Notes: generated from the letters alone by a model not told the origin. Counted from the first letter of the stretch, positions 1 through 9,826 are shown. The stretch is DNA of 63,443 nucleotides from Myxococcota bacterium (GCA_036156175.1 JAYZVA010000058.1:1-63443); one strand, 5' to 3'. Numbers and translations: made by a program.

Positions 1-1662
1 GCCATACAGCGTCACTGAAATGAAGTCCGCAGGAAGGAATGCGGCTGTTCCCATGTAGACGACGATCTTCCCCGCATCACCTCCGGTGGTGTCATCGGTG
101 GGGATACCCAGCACCAAGTCATCCTTGCCATCGCCGTTCAAATCGCCCGCACCAAACCGGTACGTGTGCAGACCCAGATTTTCGCCATCAGCCTCACCGT
201 GAATCGTCGTCACGGCCGAATCACTGATGCCAATCGACGATCCCGGGAACAATCGCAACGAACCCGCATCCTCGCCACCGTCATCGTCGCGGGGGATGCC
301 AAATAAAAGATCCTGATGACCATCACCGTTGAAGTCGCCTGATGTGAGGACGCTACGGCCAAAATGGTCAGTCGAGCCATCGCCACGCATGGTGTCAACA
401 TGACTCTCGTTGAGTCCACCTTCGCGACCGTTGTACAGGAAAGCACGGCCTCCCTCCAGGGAGCACGGACCCAACCCAATCGACCCACTTACAGAGACCG
501 GATCACCTCGAGTTAAGTCCCACTTCTCCGGATTGATTGTGCCCGTACTGACGGGAGTTAGATTTAAGCTGCTGCAATCCAGAAGCCACGTGTGCGACGC
601 CACCAACAACTCGTCTGTGCCGTCACCGTTTGTATCCGATAAACCGCGAACAAGTGTGCCGTATCTAAAGTCTGCAGAGCTCCCACTGAAATCATCACTG
701 AGATCGCTGGCAAAACCGGTAGACGATGCCCATGTTATCGTCCCACTATAGGTCCCACAATGGCCTAAATCCCAGCTTTCGCCCATGTAGCCTGGAGCCG
801 GCCCACAACCGCTGCCGGAATCATAAATGTTCCCGGTACGTGAAGTCGAACCACTCGTAGCCGAAGAGGTTGTGTTCTGAATCTCCGTCGACGTGGTGGT
901 GTACCAAGGGTCAACCGTGATGGGATACACCGCCTCAAGGTCATCCACACGGACCATCAAGCCCGCATCCGACGGCTCCATCCACAGCTCCAACGCCCGG
1001 CCTTCCGCATCCCACGCTTCCAAGCCCGTCACGTTCCACGTGGTTCCACGGTCCGATTCGATCCACGCACGCTGCGCATCGATGCTCACGTCCACCTGGG
1101 CTGCATCGACCTTCAGTTCGAAGCCCAGAAGCTCGTCGCCATCCGGACGACCCGCGATCGTCCACCCGTGCTCCATGCCCCGGGTTCCGCCGTCGAACCA
1201 CTCGATCAGCACGCCGCGCTCGGCTTCGACCAGGTCCACGCCGCCAAAGGCTTCGTCTTTCTCGCCGGTCAGCAAGCTCTCGGCCACAGGGTTCAGCTGC
1301 CCGCCGCGGCCCCACTTGCTCAGCTGAATCGAGATGCCTTCGGGATCTTCGGAGGTGTGAAGCTGAAGGCGGTCCGGACTCACATGCGCAATGAAGTCGT
1401 GGGCGTTCAGGCGGAAGCTGCCGTCGGCCAGCTGGGCGAAGGCCCGCGGGGCCATCGTGTCGGCGATGTTCCCGCGAAGCTGGACCTTGAAGCCGCGCTC
1501 GGGGGTGAACACCGGGTCGCCCTGCTCGAGCGGCATGTTCACCGCCCGAATCTGCGCCAAGGCGTTCAGCATCCCCGAATCGCCAACCTCGGCCGTGGTG
1601 CTCGGCGTGCAGCCCGCCACCAGTGAAACCAACCCAAATGAACCCAAAACCTGTGCGCGCAT
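1..1662 (-). CDS. FG-GAP (integrin-alpha-like) repeat lipoprotein, partial (runs off the left edge; missing from the ORF track)
   Basis: Manual translation is open from ATG 1662 to position 1, with GGAGG RBS upstream. N-terminus MRAQVLGSFGLVSLVAGC carries a lipobox. Contains DDLEAVYPITVDP, then FG-GAP motifs GDFNGDGHQDLLFGIP and GDLNGDGKDDLVLGIP...DAGKIVVY. Confidence 0.88.
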   Translation of the reverse strand, partial: MRAQVLGSFGLVSLVAGCTPSTTAEVGDSGMLNALAQIRAVNMPLEQGDPVFTPERGFKVQLRGNIADTMAPRAFAQLADGSFRLNAHDFIAHVSPDRLQLHTSEDPEGISIQLSKWGRGGQLNPVAESLLTGEKDEAFGGVDLVEAERGVLIEWFDGGTRGMEHGWTIAGRPDGDELLGFELKVDAAQVDVSIDAQRAWIESDRGTTWNVTGLEAWDAEGRALELWMEPSDAGLMVRVDDLEAVYPITVDPWYTTTSTEIQNTTSSATSGSTSRTGNIYDSGSGCGPAPGYMGESWDLGHCGTYSGTITWASSTGFASDLSDDFSGSSADFRYGTLVRGLSDTNGDGTDELLVASHTWLLDCSSLNLTPVSTGTINPEKWDLTRGDPVSVSGSIGLGPCSLEGGRAFLYNGREGGLNESHVDTMRGDGSTDHFGRSVLTSGDFNGDGHQDLLFGIPRDDDGGEDAGSLRLFPGSSIGISDSAVTTIHGEADGENLGLHTYRFGAGDLNGDGKDDLVLGIPTDDTTGGDAGKIVVYMGTAAFLPADFISVTLYG

Positions 1663-1724
1663 GACCACCTCCGTCGAGCCGCGAGACGCGAGGCTACCAC
1701 AGCTTGGAGGCCCGAAAATCACAT

Positions 1725-1740
1725 TTTGATGATCATCGCA
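1725..1740. promoter_or_regulatory. CRP/FNR-like palindrome TTTGA-N6-TCGCA upstream of the FG-GAP lipoprotein
   Basis: 4/5 match in each half-site to TGTGA-N6-TCACA, with a perfect GATGATCATC core, in an AT-rich intergenic patch. Confidence 0.25.
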
Positions 1741-1770
1741 CAACGGGCGCTTGAGCGCCGCTGCCGGGCC

Positions 1771-3609
1771 CTACAGCCCCCCAAACGCCGCCCGCAGCGC
1801 GTCGGTCGCGTGGCGGCGCTGCCAGTCGATCAGCCGCACCGTGCCGTCCGGTGTGCGGTAGGTCAGCACCGTCGACGAACGGTTGCCCCGCATCAGGGCC
1901 AGACACGCCTCCAAGGGCCGCTCGGACCCCCCGGGGTGCCGCTGGATGTCGTGCCACAGCCCCGGGTTGCTGGCGGCGAGCGCCGCCGTCAGCGCGGCCA
2001 CGGGTGCTGCGTTGCCCATCGCCTCGGCCACCAAGGCCCGGTTGATCCACGCGCTGAGCCGCTGGGGCTTGTCGCCCGTCGCCTTCGTCAGGTCCACCAT
2101 CGCCGCGTCGTGCTCGCCGAGCAGGCGCCGGGCCTCGCCCCGGTACACAAAGACCGTGGGCCCCTCGTACTGCACCGTCACGATGCCCTCGGCCAAGGTG
2201 TCGAGGGACCGGTGCAGCTCGCCCCGGCCGATCTGGGCTGCCGCCAGACCGATCCACGCCCAGGTCGTGCGGGGATCGATGGCGAGCGCCGCCTCAAAGT
2301 CAGCCGAGGCCGCGTCGAAGTCGCCCATCCACACCCGAAACTCGCCCCGATAGGTGAAGACCGTCGGGTCGTTGGGGTGCACCGCGGCGAGCCGCTCGAA
2401 TTCCGCCAACACGGCATCGGGCGGGCGCACCCGCACCAGCATCTGCGTCAGCCGGGCGAGGTGGCGGGGGTAGGGCGGCACCGCATGGCGGTGCAGCCGC
2501 CCCGCGTCGTCGACCCACGTCGACAGGGCCGTTCGGTTGCCCGACAAGCGCCGCTCCGCTTGACCGATGCCCTCGATGAACGTGCGGGTCTTGCCGTTCC
2601 ACGCCGTGTCCGGATCGTCGGCGAGGTCGCGCACCTGGCTGCCCACTTCCAAAAACCGGGGGTCGATGGTGCGCCCCTTGTCGTAGACGTAGAACGCGTT
2701 GGTGATGCGCGCGATGTGGGCGGCCACGTTGTAGTCCTGGGCGCAGAACATCGCCTGCGAAGCGCTCTTCATGCCCACGCTGAACTGCCCGCGGTCGCGC
2801 TCCATGCAGGACCGAAAGGTGTGGGCGGCGTCCATGGCCAGCCACCGAACTGGGCCGTCGCCGTCGATGGCCGTGTCCAACCACGGCTGGGCTTCGTCCA
2901 GCCGCCCCTCGAGCACGGCAGATGCCCCCAACAAAAATGCCGCCTCCCGGTTGGCGGGTTCGATCTCCCGCGCCCGCTCTGCTTCGGCCTTGGCTGCAAC
3001 GGTGTCGCCCCGCCACAAGGCCATGCGACCGATGGCGGTATGGACCGTGGGGTCGCGGGGGTGCCGCGCGCGGTGCTGCGCCAGGGCCGCATCGATGCGG
3101 TCGTGGCGCCCCACGCGCGCCCAGCAGTCGAGCACCACCCACCAATCGGCGGGCTGGGCGTCCCAGGCCGCCCCAATGTCGGGGTCGGCCGCATCGGGGC
3201 GCACATGGCTGCTCAAGATGGCGCGCAGCCGCAGCAGCGGAAGGGCGTCGGGGACGTGCACCAGCGCGGCATCCACGAGTGCCATGGCCCGGCCGTTGTC
3301 GCGGGCGGCCATGAAGAACTCCACCGCCCGGCGGGCCGTGACGGCGCAGGTCGGGTCGGCCCGCACCGCGTGCTCCAGCGCAGCAGCGGCTTCGGGCTGC
3401 CGGCTCAACACGCGGGCAAGCTCAAAGCGCAACCGGGCGCCGCCCGCGGTCCGCAGAGGGCCCTCGTTCAGCCGATCGCAGAACGCCGCCAGACACCCGT
3501 GCTTGGTCAACACCCGCACCAGCACGATGATCTGCTCCGGGCTCAGGTCGCGGCCGCGCACCTCGCCCAGCAACCGATTCACGATGGCGGGGGTGGCGGG
3601 CGCGGTCAT
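1771..3609 (-). CDS. Tetratricopeptide-repeat protein
   Basis: Multiple TPR-like units (e.g. VFTYRGEFRVWMGDFDAASADFEAALAIDP; AWIGLAAAQIGRGE). ATG 3609 preferred over TTG 3618. Confidence 0.8.
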   Translation of the reverse strand: MTAPATPAIVNRLLGEVRGRDLSPEQIIVLVRVLTKHGCLAAFCDRLNEGPLRTAGGARLRFELARVLSRQPEAAAALEHAVRADPTCAVTARRAVEFFMAARDNGRAMALVDAALVHVPDALPLLRLRAILSSHVRPDAADPDIGAAWDAQPADWWVVLDCWARVGRHDRIDAALAQHRARHPRDPTVHTAIGRMALWRGDTVAAKAEAERAREIEPANREAAFLLGASAVLEGRLDEAQPWLDTAIDGDGPVRWLAMDAAHTFRSCMERDRGQFSVGMKSASQAMFCAQDYNVAAHIARITNAFYVYDKGRTIDPRFLEVGSQVRDLADDPDTAWNGKTRTFIEGIGQAERRLSGNRTALSTWVDDAGRLHRHAVPPYPRHLARLTQMLVRVRPPDAVLAEFERLAAVHPNDPTVFTYRGEFRVWMGDFDAASADFEAALAIDPRTTWAWIGLAAAQIGRGELHRSLDTLAEGIVTVQYEGPTVFVYRGEARRLLGEHDAAMVDLTKATGDKPQRLSAWINRALVAEAMGNAAPVAALTAALAASNPGLWHDIQRHPGGSERPLEACLALMRGNRSSTVLTYRTPDGTVRLIDWQRRHATDALRAAFGGL

Positions 3610-3805
3610 GGGCTGCAAACTCCGGCGAAGGTGAAGGCATTAGACCGCATCGGTCGCCAGTGAACAAGGCGGACGCAAGCCGAAGAAAACCGGGCCCGAA
3701 CCCAAACCGGTGTAAAGGCCGGTCTGCCGCGTCCGATGACGGGTCCGTCGATCGTCGGTGCACTGGTGCGTCGCGCGATCCCCGATTGCCAAACGCGGAC
3801 CACCG

Positions 3806-4381
3806 ATGCGCCAAATCCACGACACCAACCTGGTCTTTGTCCACATCCCCAAGACGGCCGGCATGGCTGTGGTCAATGCCTTTGGAATGGACCACCAGAC
3901 CTCGGACCATTCCATCGGAACCGAGAGCGACCAGCCGCTCATGAGCGACGAGTTCATCCGCTTCACGGTCCTGCGCAACCCGATCGCGCGCTTCGTCTCC
4001 GCCTACAAGTATTCGCTGTCCATGCTCCACAAGTTCCGCGGAAACACGGTTCGAGAAGACATCCTGAATCACGGGCTCGGAACCGACATCAACGGATTCT
4101 TGTCGTTCTACGACAACAACCTCGAGCGGTTGGTGTCGAACATGCACTTCATCCCCCAGTGGTATTACTACACCCAGACCAAGCCGAGCATCATGCTGCG
4201 CCAAGAGACCCTGACCACCGACATGAACATTGTCGCGCGGTTGGTCCCTCAGCACTTTGTGGGGTTGACACGGAAGAACACCTCGCCATCGAGCGGCACC
4301 GTGAACACCGCGCTCTCCGAGAAATCGCTCGCGACCGTGAAGAAGATCTACCGCAACGACTTCTTCCTGTGGAACCGGTAA
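3806..4381 (+). CDS. Sulfotransferase family 2 protein
   Basis: 5'-PSB motif FVHIPKTAG, 3'-PB motif FTVLRNPIARFVSAY, HFIPQ, and C-terminal IYRNDF. Confidence 0.85.
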   Translation: MRQIHDTNLVFVHIPKTAGMAVVNAFGMDHQTSDHSIGTESDQPLMSDEFIRFTVLRNPIARFVSAYKYSLSMLHKFRGNTVREDILNHGLGTDINGFLSFYDNNLERLVSNMHFIPQWYYYTQTKPSIMLRQETLTTDMNIVARLVPQHFVGLTRKNTSPSSGTVNTALSEKSLATVKKIYRNDFFLWNR

Positions 4382-4558
4382 GTCGCCGTCGACTGAACCC
4401 ATGATGCGCTGACCCAATCTCCGTACCGCGGAGCGAGGCGACGCTTTGGGCGTTCGAAAATTGTCCTTGAACCCACACAATCCCCGTTGGGTTTCGGTAC
4501 TTCATGCCGGTCCAGCGGGCCGCGGTGTATAACCGCAGGAGAATCGAGGAGACCGATC

Positions 4559-5803
4559 ATGAACCACACCGCATCCGCTGCGCTTCTTGCGCTGTTCGTC
4601 GCCTGCTCCGCCGATGACGGGAAAGAATCCGGCGACGCACCGACCGACCCCGGCGATGCGCCGGCCGCAACCGTCGTTCCCTGTGAAATCAGCACCGAAG
4701 CCGGCTTCACCACCGACAGCTTCGAACAAAACGGCGAAGAGCGGTGCTTGACGACCTATGTGGATCCGGACAACCCCAGCGAGGCCCTCCCCATGGTCAT
4801 GCTGCCGGACTGCTACACCGAAAACGCGCTGCAGAACCCGAACGAGGTGATGCAGCTTGCGCGACACTACAACGTGCGCACCATGGAATTGTCGTCCCCC
4901 ACGGGCGGCTGGCGCTTTCCGCTCAACAACGAGATCAACGCCGCCAACCACGGTGCTCAGTGCGACCCCGAGAGCACCCCCGAGATCGCCTACCTCGAAG
5001 CGGCGTTCGCCAAAGTCGACGAGATGGTTGAAGCGGGCACGGTCGATGCGGACAAGATCTACGTCTCCGGGTTCAGCCAAAACTCGATGTTCTCGGTGTT
5101 TGCGGCCACCTGCTTCCCCGACCGCATCCGCGGCATTAGTCAAGGCGGAAGCGGGCTGTACAGCGAAGCCGACGGCTCAAAGGCGCTGCCCAAATGCGAG
5201 GGCGCGTGCACGGCGAGCGACTTCGAGGAATACGACGACGAGTGCATCACGGAAGCCCCGTGCGATACCTGCAACTACTTTCCCGTGCTGCCCACCTCCG
5301 GCGACGACACCTTCCAGAGTTGCCTGCTGATGTACGACAACGACGACTCGGCGCACTCCACGGCGGTGCCCGGCCACACGCTGCTGACGGCCGCCGGCCA
5401 CGACGCGACCCTGCACATCTTTGCATCCAACCCCGCCCAGCGCTTGGGCGGCCACTCAATGCCCGTGCTGGATTGGGAGTGGGCCAACAGCTGTCTGGGC
5501 GTCAACGAGCCGTGCAGCAGCATGTGCGGCGAGGCGGTGGTCGCGTGCGTGAACACCTTCAAGGACACCTTTCGCGCCGAAAACGGCGGCGCCGATCCGC
5601 TGGCAGACCCCGAGACCCGCGGGCAACTCGTCAACGCGTACCACGAATGCATCCGAACGAACGCGGATCGGTGCCCCCGAGGGTGCGCCGCAACGCCCCC
5701 CATGCTGGAGAGCGTCGAGGTGCCCGCGTGCGTGTGCCTGCCGGGCCAAGCCGATTGCGACTGCACCACATCCGACATCCCCAGTTCGTGCGGCGGCATT
5801 TAA
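4559..5803 (+). CDS. Cys-rich lipoprotein with alpha/beta-hydrolase (PHB-depolymerase/esterase-like) domain
   Basis: GAGGAG RBS, lipobox LFVAC, nucleophile elbow IYVSGFSQN after VDADK, candidate His in GGHSMP, Cys-rich C-terminus. Confidence 0.65.
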   Translation: MNHTASAALLALFVACSADDGKESGDAPTDPGDAPAATVVPCEISTEAGFTTDSFEQNGEERCLTTYVDPDNPSEALPMVMLPDCYTENALQNPNEVMQLARHYNVRTMELSSPTGGWRFPLNNEINAANHGAQCDPESTPEIAYLEAAFAKVDEMVEAGTVDADKIYVSGFSQNSMFSVFAATCFPDRIRGISQGGSGLYSEADGSKALPKCEGACTASDFEEYDDECITEAPCDTCNYFPVLPTSGDDTFQSCLLMYDNDDSAHSTAVPGHTLLTAAGHDATLHIFASNPAQRLGGHSMPVLDWEWANSCLGVNEPCSSMCGEAVVACVNTFKDTFRAENGGADPLADPETRGQLVNAYHECIRTNADRCPRGCAATPPMLESVEVPACVCLPGQADCDCTTSDIPSSCGGI

Positions 5804-5830
5804 GGACGCCGCGCCGGTTACGCTGATTGC

Positions 5831-7414
5831 ATGCGCACAATCGGACTGGAGTTCATCGCGTGGATCGCGGTCTCTGTGGCGGTGCTGGGCCCCGGTCTGT
5901 GGACCGACCCCCACGCTGTCCCCGGTGGCGTGTGGACCGACGTGCACAACTCCATGTGGTCGATGCAGTTTGCGGCGGATGCCCTGACGAGCGGCGCGCT
6001 TCCGTGGCACACCGATGCGCTCAACCACCCGGCCGGCGGCACCGTGCTGCTGCCCGACCCGCTGGGGGCGCTGTTCGCCGGGTTTGCAGTGCCCGTGCTC
6101 GGCATGGCCGGTGCGTACACCGCGTGGATCGTCCTGCAGCTGGCGCTGAGCGGGTGGGCCATGCAGCACTTCGCCACCGCCTGGCTCGCGCCGCGCCTTG
6201 AGCGCCCGCGGGCGCGGCGGGCCGGATGGGTGGCCGGACTGGCCTACAGCAGCGCGCCGGTCTTGCTGGCCGGTGCGGCCTGCGGCACGACCGAAGCGGT
6301 GGCCGGTGCCCCACCGGTGCTGGCCGCGTGGGCCGCCTGGAAGGCCGCGACGGAACCCGGCGCGCGGACCGCCATCGCCGCTGGAGGCGCCTTGCTCTTG
6401 GCGGCGCTGGCCAGCTGGTACGCGGCGGTGATCGCCGCGGTCTTTGCGGCCGTGCTCGCGCTTCGCGCCGTGCCCGCCGTGGGGCTTCGAGCCCTGGGAC
6501 CGTTGGCGGCCGGGCTGGCCCTGGTGGTTCCCCTCGCGGTCTGGACCCACGGCATTCACGCCGATCCAGGCCACCTCGCCACCCGAGACCCGGCCATCCT
6601 CGACGGGATTCGGGCCACCTTCGGCGCCGCCTCGGTGCTTGGGCTCGTGTGGCCCATCGACGCGGCGACGATTGCGGTTCAAGACCCAATGGACGCGGGC
6701 CAAGGCTACCTGCACACCGGCTACCTGGGCGCGGGACTGCTCATCGCGGCGGCCGTGGGCTGCGTGCGCGAGCCCCGAGCAGCGGTGCCCTGGTTGCTCG
6801 CCGGCGCCCTCTGCGCGGCGCTGTCGGTGGGGCCCGGTCCCAATGGCACCCGACCGTACGCGCTCGTGGACCAACTGCCGGGCTTTCGCAACCTGAGCTT
6901 GGTGTGGCGGCTCGCCGGCGGCGCGAGCATTGCCGTCGCCCTGCTGGCCGCTCTGGCCACCCAGGGCACACAGCGGGCCTGCGGGGTCGTGGCCGCCGTG
7001 GTGGCCTTCCAGTGGGCGGTGCTGAGCCCAACGGCGGGGGGAATCCCCGTGACCGATGCCGAGCCGCCCGCGGTCCTCGCCGCGATCGCACGAGCCCCCG
7101 CCGGCGCCGTGGTGACCCTCCCCGCATCCGCGGCCCACGCCGATTTGTGGCTTCAGGCCCACCACCGCCAGCCCGTCACCGGCACCATCAACCGCCGCCG
7201 AAGCGCGGCCGCTGCCGACTGGGCGCTGGGCGCCGAGACCGATGACTGGGCCACCGTGCAGCGCACGGCGCAAGACGCCGGCATTCGCTACGTCTTGATG
7301 CGCCAGTCCCGTTCCCTGCGGGCATCATCCGACCGGTTCTTGGTGCAACAGGTGCAACAACACGCCGAGAAAGTTGGGGAAAGCGGCCGCTGGACAGCCT
7401 ACGCTGTGTGGTAA
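5831..7414 (+). CDS. Polytopic membrane protein, GT-C/YfhO-like glycosyltransferase
   Basis: Many hydrophobic segments, Asp in the first loop (WTDVHNSMW), NHPAG motif, TGYLG, LPGFRNL..VWR, and a C-terminal soluble domain (QAHHRQP). Confidence 0.55.
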   Translation: MRTIGLEFIAWIAVSVAVLGPGLWTDPHAVPGGVWTDVHNSMWSMQFAADALTSGALPWHTDALNHPAGGTVLLPDPLGALFAGFAVPVLGMAGAYTAWIVLQLALSGWAMQHFATAWLAPRLERPRARRAGWVAGLAYSSAPVLLAGAACGTTEAVAGAPPVLAAWAAWKAATEPGARTAIAAGGALLLAALASWYAAVIAAVFAAVLALRAVPAVGLRALGPLAAGLALVVPLAVWTHGIHADPGHLATRDPAILDGIRATFGAASVLGLVWPIDAATIAVQDPMDAGQGYLHTGYLGAGLLIAAAVGCVREPRAAVPWLLAGALCAALSVGPGPNGTRPYALVDQLPGFRNLSLVWRLAGGASIAVALLAALATQGTQRACGVVAAVVAFQWAVLSPTAGGIPVTDAEPPAVLAAIARAPAGAVVTLPASAAHADLWLQAHHRQPVTGTINRRRSAAAADWALGAETDDWATVQRTAQDAGIRYVLMRQSRSLRASSDRFLVQQVQQHAEKVGESGRWTAYAVW

Positions 7415-7445
7415 AACAAGGCCTGGGTGCGCCCGTGGAGAGTGA

Positions 7446-9578
7446 ATGCGTTCATCATTGTTGATTGCCGTCCTCGCCGTTGGCTGCGTGGAATACGACA
7501 TCACCAAGCCGGCGGCCGATGCGCCGCCCGGCACCGATGAAGACACCTACCGACCCGATCCGTCCGATGAACCCGATGGCGACTCGGGGGCCCGTCCGGA
7601 CGACACCGGCAGCCCCGTCGAAGAACCGCCACCCGACACCGATGTGCCGCCCGAACCCACCGAGTGCCCGCCGCTCGACGTGATCGACGCGGTCACCATT
7701 GACGAGGCGTGCCACAGCGAGCCGGTCACGGGCCCCATGAGCGTCGCCACCGAGTGGGCGATCACCACCTTCGCCGGGTTCCCCGAATACGACAAGGTGC
7801 TCAGCACCCCCGTTGTGGGGCAGCTGACCGATGACAACTTCGACGGCGTCATCAACGCGCTCGACACCCCCGACATCATCATCACCACGGACGACTCGGG
7901 CACCGAAGACGGCGCCCACGGCGTGCTGCGGCGGGTCGATGGGACCGGGGCAGCCGATTACCTCATCTTGAAGCGGTGGGTGGACGATGCCGGCGACCAG
8001 TACTTTCCGTACCGCTACACCACCCCGGCTTTGGGCGACATTGACGGCGACGGAACCGCCGAAATTGTGACGCTGTTTGAGATCGTGATGGGCGGCATAC
8101 CCGACGGCCCGCCCGATGGCGACGCGGGCCCACCCCCCGACGAAGACCACCCGGTCGGGCCACCGCCGCCGCCGACCCCGCCGCCGCCACCGGGCGGCGC
8201 TCCCCCGTGCCACTTGGGGGCACTGACGGTCGACGGAAGCATCGAGTGGATGAGCACCGAGACCATTGAGTGCGGCGGCCATGCACCGGCCCTCGCCGAC
8301 CTCGAGGCCGATGGAACCGTGGAAATCGCGGTGGCCAACATGGTCTTTGAGGGCGCCACCGGGGCCCTTCGGTTCAGCGGAACCGACGGAAAGGGCGGCT
8401 ACAATGCCTATCCCGAAGTGGGCTACATCACGGCGGTCAGCGACCTCGACGGCGACGGCATTCAAGAGGTTGTGGCTGGAAACACCCTGTACAGGCCCGA
8501 CGGCACGATCCGGTGTTCCCGCGACGATGCCGACACCGATGGGTTCCCGGCCGTGGCCGACTTCGATGGCGATGGTGCCGGCGACGTCGTGGTGGTGGGC
8601 AACGCCACCGCCACGGTGATGGACAACGCCTGCACGCCGCAGGCATCGTGGGCCCTGCTGGGCGCGGGCAACGGCGGTCCACCGACGGTGGCCGACTTCG
8701 ACGCCGACGGCCAGCCGGAGATCGGCGTCGCCACCGCGACCCAATACGTCGTCTACGAGCCCGACGGCACAATTGTGTGGAGCGCCGACGTCGAAGACGC
8801 CTCGTCCCACGCCACGGGCTCATCGGTGTTCGATTTTGAGGGCGACGGCCGCCCCGAGGTCGTCTACGCAGACGAAACCCGGCTGTACATCTTTGACGGC
8901 CCGACGGGAGCCGTGCGCCTCGCAGACCCCACCCACGCCTCGCGAACCCTGCACGAGTTCCCCGTGATTGTCGACGCGGACGGCGACGGTGAACCGGAGA
9001 TCATCGTGCCGAACGGCGGCGGACACCACGGCTACGAAGCCCGGGGTCTGTACGCCATCAGCAGCGGAGACGGCACGTGGCTGGGGGGCCGGAGCACCTG
9101 GAACCAGCACGCATACAACATCGTGAACATCAACGACGACCTGTCGATCCCGTCTCCCCCCGAACCCAACTGGCCCTTTCACAACAACTTTCGATCCGGG
9201 GACTTGAACCCGGTCTACGGCACCGATGCGCCCGATGCCGTGGCCTTGGCGGACCACTGCACGTTCGAATGCGGCGAAGGCTACGTGCTGCTGGGCGTGC
9301 GCATCGGAAACGAAGGCACCGCCACCTTGCGGCACGACATCGAGTTCACCATCTACCGGCGGACGACGCCCGAATGGACCGCCATCGAGGTGATCGATGT
9401 GTCGCCCCCCATCGAACCGGGGGCCACCTCGGAGCTGTTCGAAATCCGCGTGGCGGCCTCCGCCGTGGGCGCCGAAGGCATCGCCGTCGTCGTCGACGAC
9501 CGCGACGGCATCGAGGTCGTGCGCGAGTGCGACGAGACCAACAACGCGGTGATCTTGGAGACCGCCCACTGCGAGTGA
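7446..9578 (+). CDS. FG-GAP/VCBS repeat lipoprotein with CARDB-like C-terminal domain
   Basis: Lipobox LAVGC; repeated D-x-D-G-D-G-x-x-E motifs; WNQHAY...NNFR; C-terminal ECDETNN; Pro-rich insert. Confidence 0.85.
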   Translation: MRSSLLIAVLAVGCVEYDITKPAADAPPGTDEDTYRPDPSDEPDGDSGARPDDTGSPVEEPPPDTDVPPEPTECPPLDVIDAVTIDEACHSEPVTGPMSVATEWAITTFAGFPEYDKVLSTPVVGQLTDDNFDGVINALDTPDIIITTDDSGTEDGAHGVLRRVDGTGAADYLILKRWVDDAGDQYFPYRYTTPALGDIDGDGTAEIVTLFEIVMGGIPDGPPDGDAGPPPDEDHPVGPPPPPTPPPPPGGAPPCHLGALTVDGSIEWMSTETIECGGHAPALADLEADGTVEIAVANMVFEGATGALRFSGTDGKGGYNAYPEVGYITAVSDLDGDGIQEVVAGNTLYRPDGTIRCSRDDADTDGFPAVADFDGDGAGDVVVVGNATATVMDNACTPQASWALLGAGNGGPPTVADFDADGQPEIGVATATQYVVYEPDGTIVWSADVEDASSHATGSSVFDFEGDGRPEVVYADETRLYIFDGPTGAVRLADPTHASRTLHEFPVIVDADGDGEPEIIVPNGGGHHGYEARGLYAISSGDGTWLGGRSTWNQHAYNIVNINDDLSIPSPPEPNWPFHNNFRSGDLNPVYGTDAPDAVALADHCTFECGEGYVLLGVRIGNEGTATLRHDIEFTIYRRTTPEWTAIEVIDVSPPIEPGATSELFEIRVAASAVGAEGIAVVVDDRDGIEVVRECDETNNAVILETAHCE

Positions 9579-9746
9579 TCAGGATCCCGTGTCGTCGCCG
9601 CCCCCTGCGCCGGGCACGCACTCGCCGTTGGACGCCAAGATCTCGTCATCGCTGCAGGGATTGATGTCGGTGATGGTCCCAGAGTCCGTGGTCTTGGGGC
9701 GGCACCCGGTGACCATCAGCAACGCAATCACGGCGGCAAATCGCAT
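9579..9746 (-). CDS. Small lipoprotein (55 aa; below the ORF-track cutoff)
   Basis: AAGGAG RBS; MRFAAVIALLMVTGCRPKTTDSGTITDINPCSDDEILASNGECVPGAGGGDDTGS*. It has a lipobox and a Cys pair, and fills the intergenic gap. Confidence 0.7.
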   Translation of the reverse strand: MRFAAVIALLMVTGCRPKTTDSGTITDINPCSDDEILASNGECVPGAGGGDDTGS

Positions 9747-9826
9747 GGGGCTTCTCCTTGGGGTTGTCCGAATCGGTGGAAGGGCTCCACCAACGGCCCC
9801 CGACCTTGTACACTCTGCACTCCATC

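Noticed and set aside
39..1729. Short ORFs listed in the track for the first 1.7 kb
   Set aside because: All overlap the real minus-strand FG-GAP lipoprotein (1-1662), which the track omitted because its stop lies outside the window.
4503..4535. Possible third copy of the shared promoter motif (CGCGGTGTATA)
   Set aside because: Lacks the GGGGGT and TTGGA elements; better explained as a TATAAC -10 box, and the downstream protein has an ordinary lipoprotein signal.
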